The position numbers were made by a program, and so were the translations under genes. Source: Trichodelitschia bisporula (lineage: Eukaryota). From it: a stretch of 64,000 nt of DNA. The stretch spans positions 1,772,579 through 1,836,578 of the forward strand of contig ML996688.1 in assembly GCA_010356995.1 (NCBI GenBank), given 5' to 3'. The notes beneath the pieces are model-generated. The model ran no database searches and was not told where the DNA came from. It worked only from the letters and a program-made list of their open reading frames with translations. Positions within the stretch are counted from its first letter, which is position 1. Each line of letters starts with the position of its first letter. Of this stretch, positions 63,296 through 64,000 are shown piece by piece.

Positions 63296-64000
63296 ATGTC
63301 ACTCCAATCTGACCTGAGCCTCTCTGCCGCCAAGTTCGATCCAGCCGCCGTCCCGGCCCAAGCTGCGCGCCTCAACGGTGTACTGCTGAAAGTCATGAGC
63401 CAGGGGCCGACATGGAATGAGGTATTTCTCTCCGTAAAATGGAAGATTGTCTCTGACCAAAAAGGTGGGCGCTGCGCGCTATCGTGAGATGCGCTGGAAC
63501 AACGAGACGGCACTGCCCCGGCCACCGGTTCTCGAGTCTGGCATCAACGCCACTATTCCGTCTCGCGACAAGGGGCGCGATATCCCGATTCGCCGGTTCA
63601 AGCCGGAAGGAGAGATTCGCGGGACGTTCATGCACATCCATGGTGGTGGTTGGGTGTTGCAGAGCGAGGCTCAGTGCGTGGCTTCCACGTGGCGTGCGTG
63701 GCATGCGCAAGGCTGATTAGGGCAGTCAGGATACGCTGCTCAAGGCTATTGCCGACATGGGTGGCCTTGCCGTTGTATCTGTTGGGTATCGACTCGCGCC
63801 AGGTAGGCCTTCTGCTTTTTCGTAGGAATGGAGCTGACCGGCAGAACACCCTTTCCCTGCTGCTCCGGACGACTGCGTCGATGTTGCCAACTACCTCATC
63901 GAGAATGCAGAGCGCGAGTTCGGCGGGCCGTTGCGCTTCTTCAGCGGCGAGGTTGGTTGTCACGCCCTTTATGGTCCATGTGACTAACTCTCCAGTCTGC
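63296..64000 (+). CDS. HSL-family alpha/beta hydrolase (esterase/lipase), truncated by the window end
   Basis: FMHIHGGGWVL, SVGYRLAP|EHPFPAAPDDC and SGE leading to the GxSAG motif. Several introns. TATATAAA at ~63228. Confidence 0.88.

Overview
Eukaryotic, GC-rich DNA from a filamentous ascomycete (Pezizomycotina; Dothideomycete-like is only a guess), with short GT-AG introns carrying CTRAC branch points. Recognisable genes: two secreted type-B carboxylesterases, a GH2 beta-galactosidase, INO80, a YBT1-like ABCC transporter, an F-box-like protein, a protealysin-like M4 metalloprotease, BRX1, an intron-containing tRNA-Leu(CAG), a STE3-type pheromone receptor, a small secreted Cys-rich protein and a partial HSL-family hydrolase. 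The most unusual features are three. (1) An expanded family of small Ser-rich proteins sharing a short motif (F-K-N-x-x-E-S-x-G-G-K-x-Y-N-x-x-D-x-x-x-G-K-E-x-L-R-x-x-Q-E-x-D): seven copies carry the motif and one more related unit does not. They sit in two clusters (10-12 kb and a divergent array at 44.3-51.2 kb) with duplicated flanking DNA. (2) A ~6 kb block (36.85-42.8 kb) carrying the M4 protease and a Cys-containing ORF broken by one TGA, lying between two copies of the 3' end of a neighbouring gene. (3) Four copies of a ~215-235 bp solo-LTR-like element. All calls were made by eye; no database searches were run.
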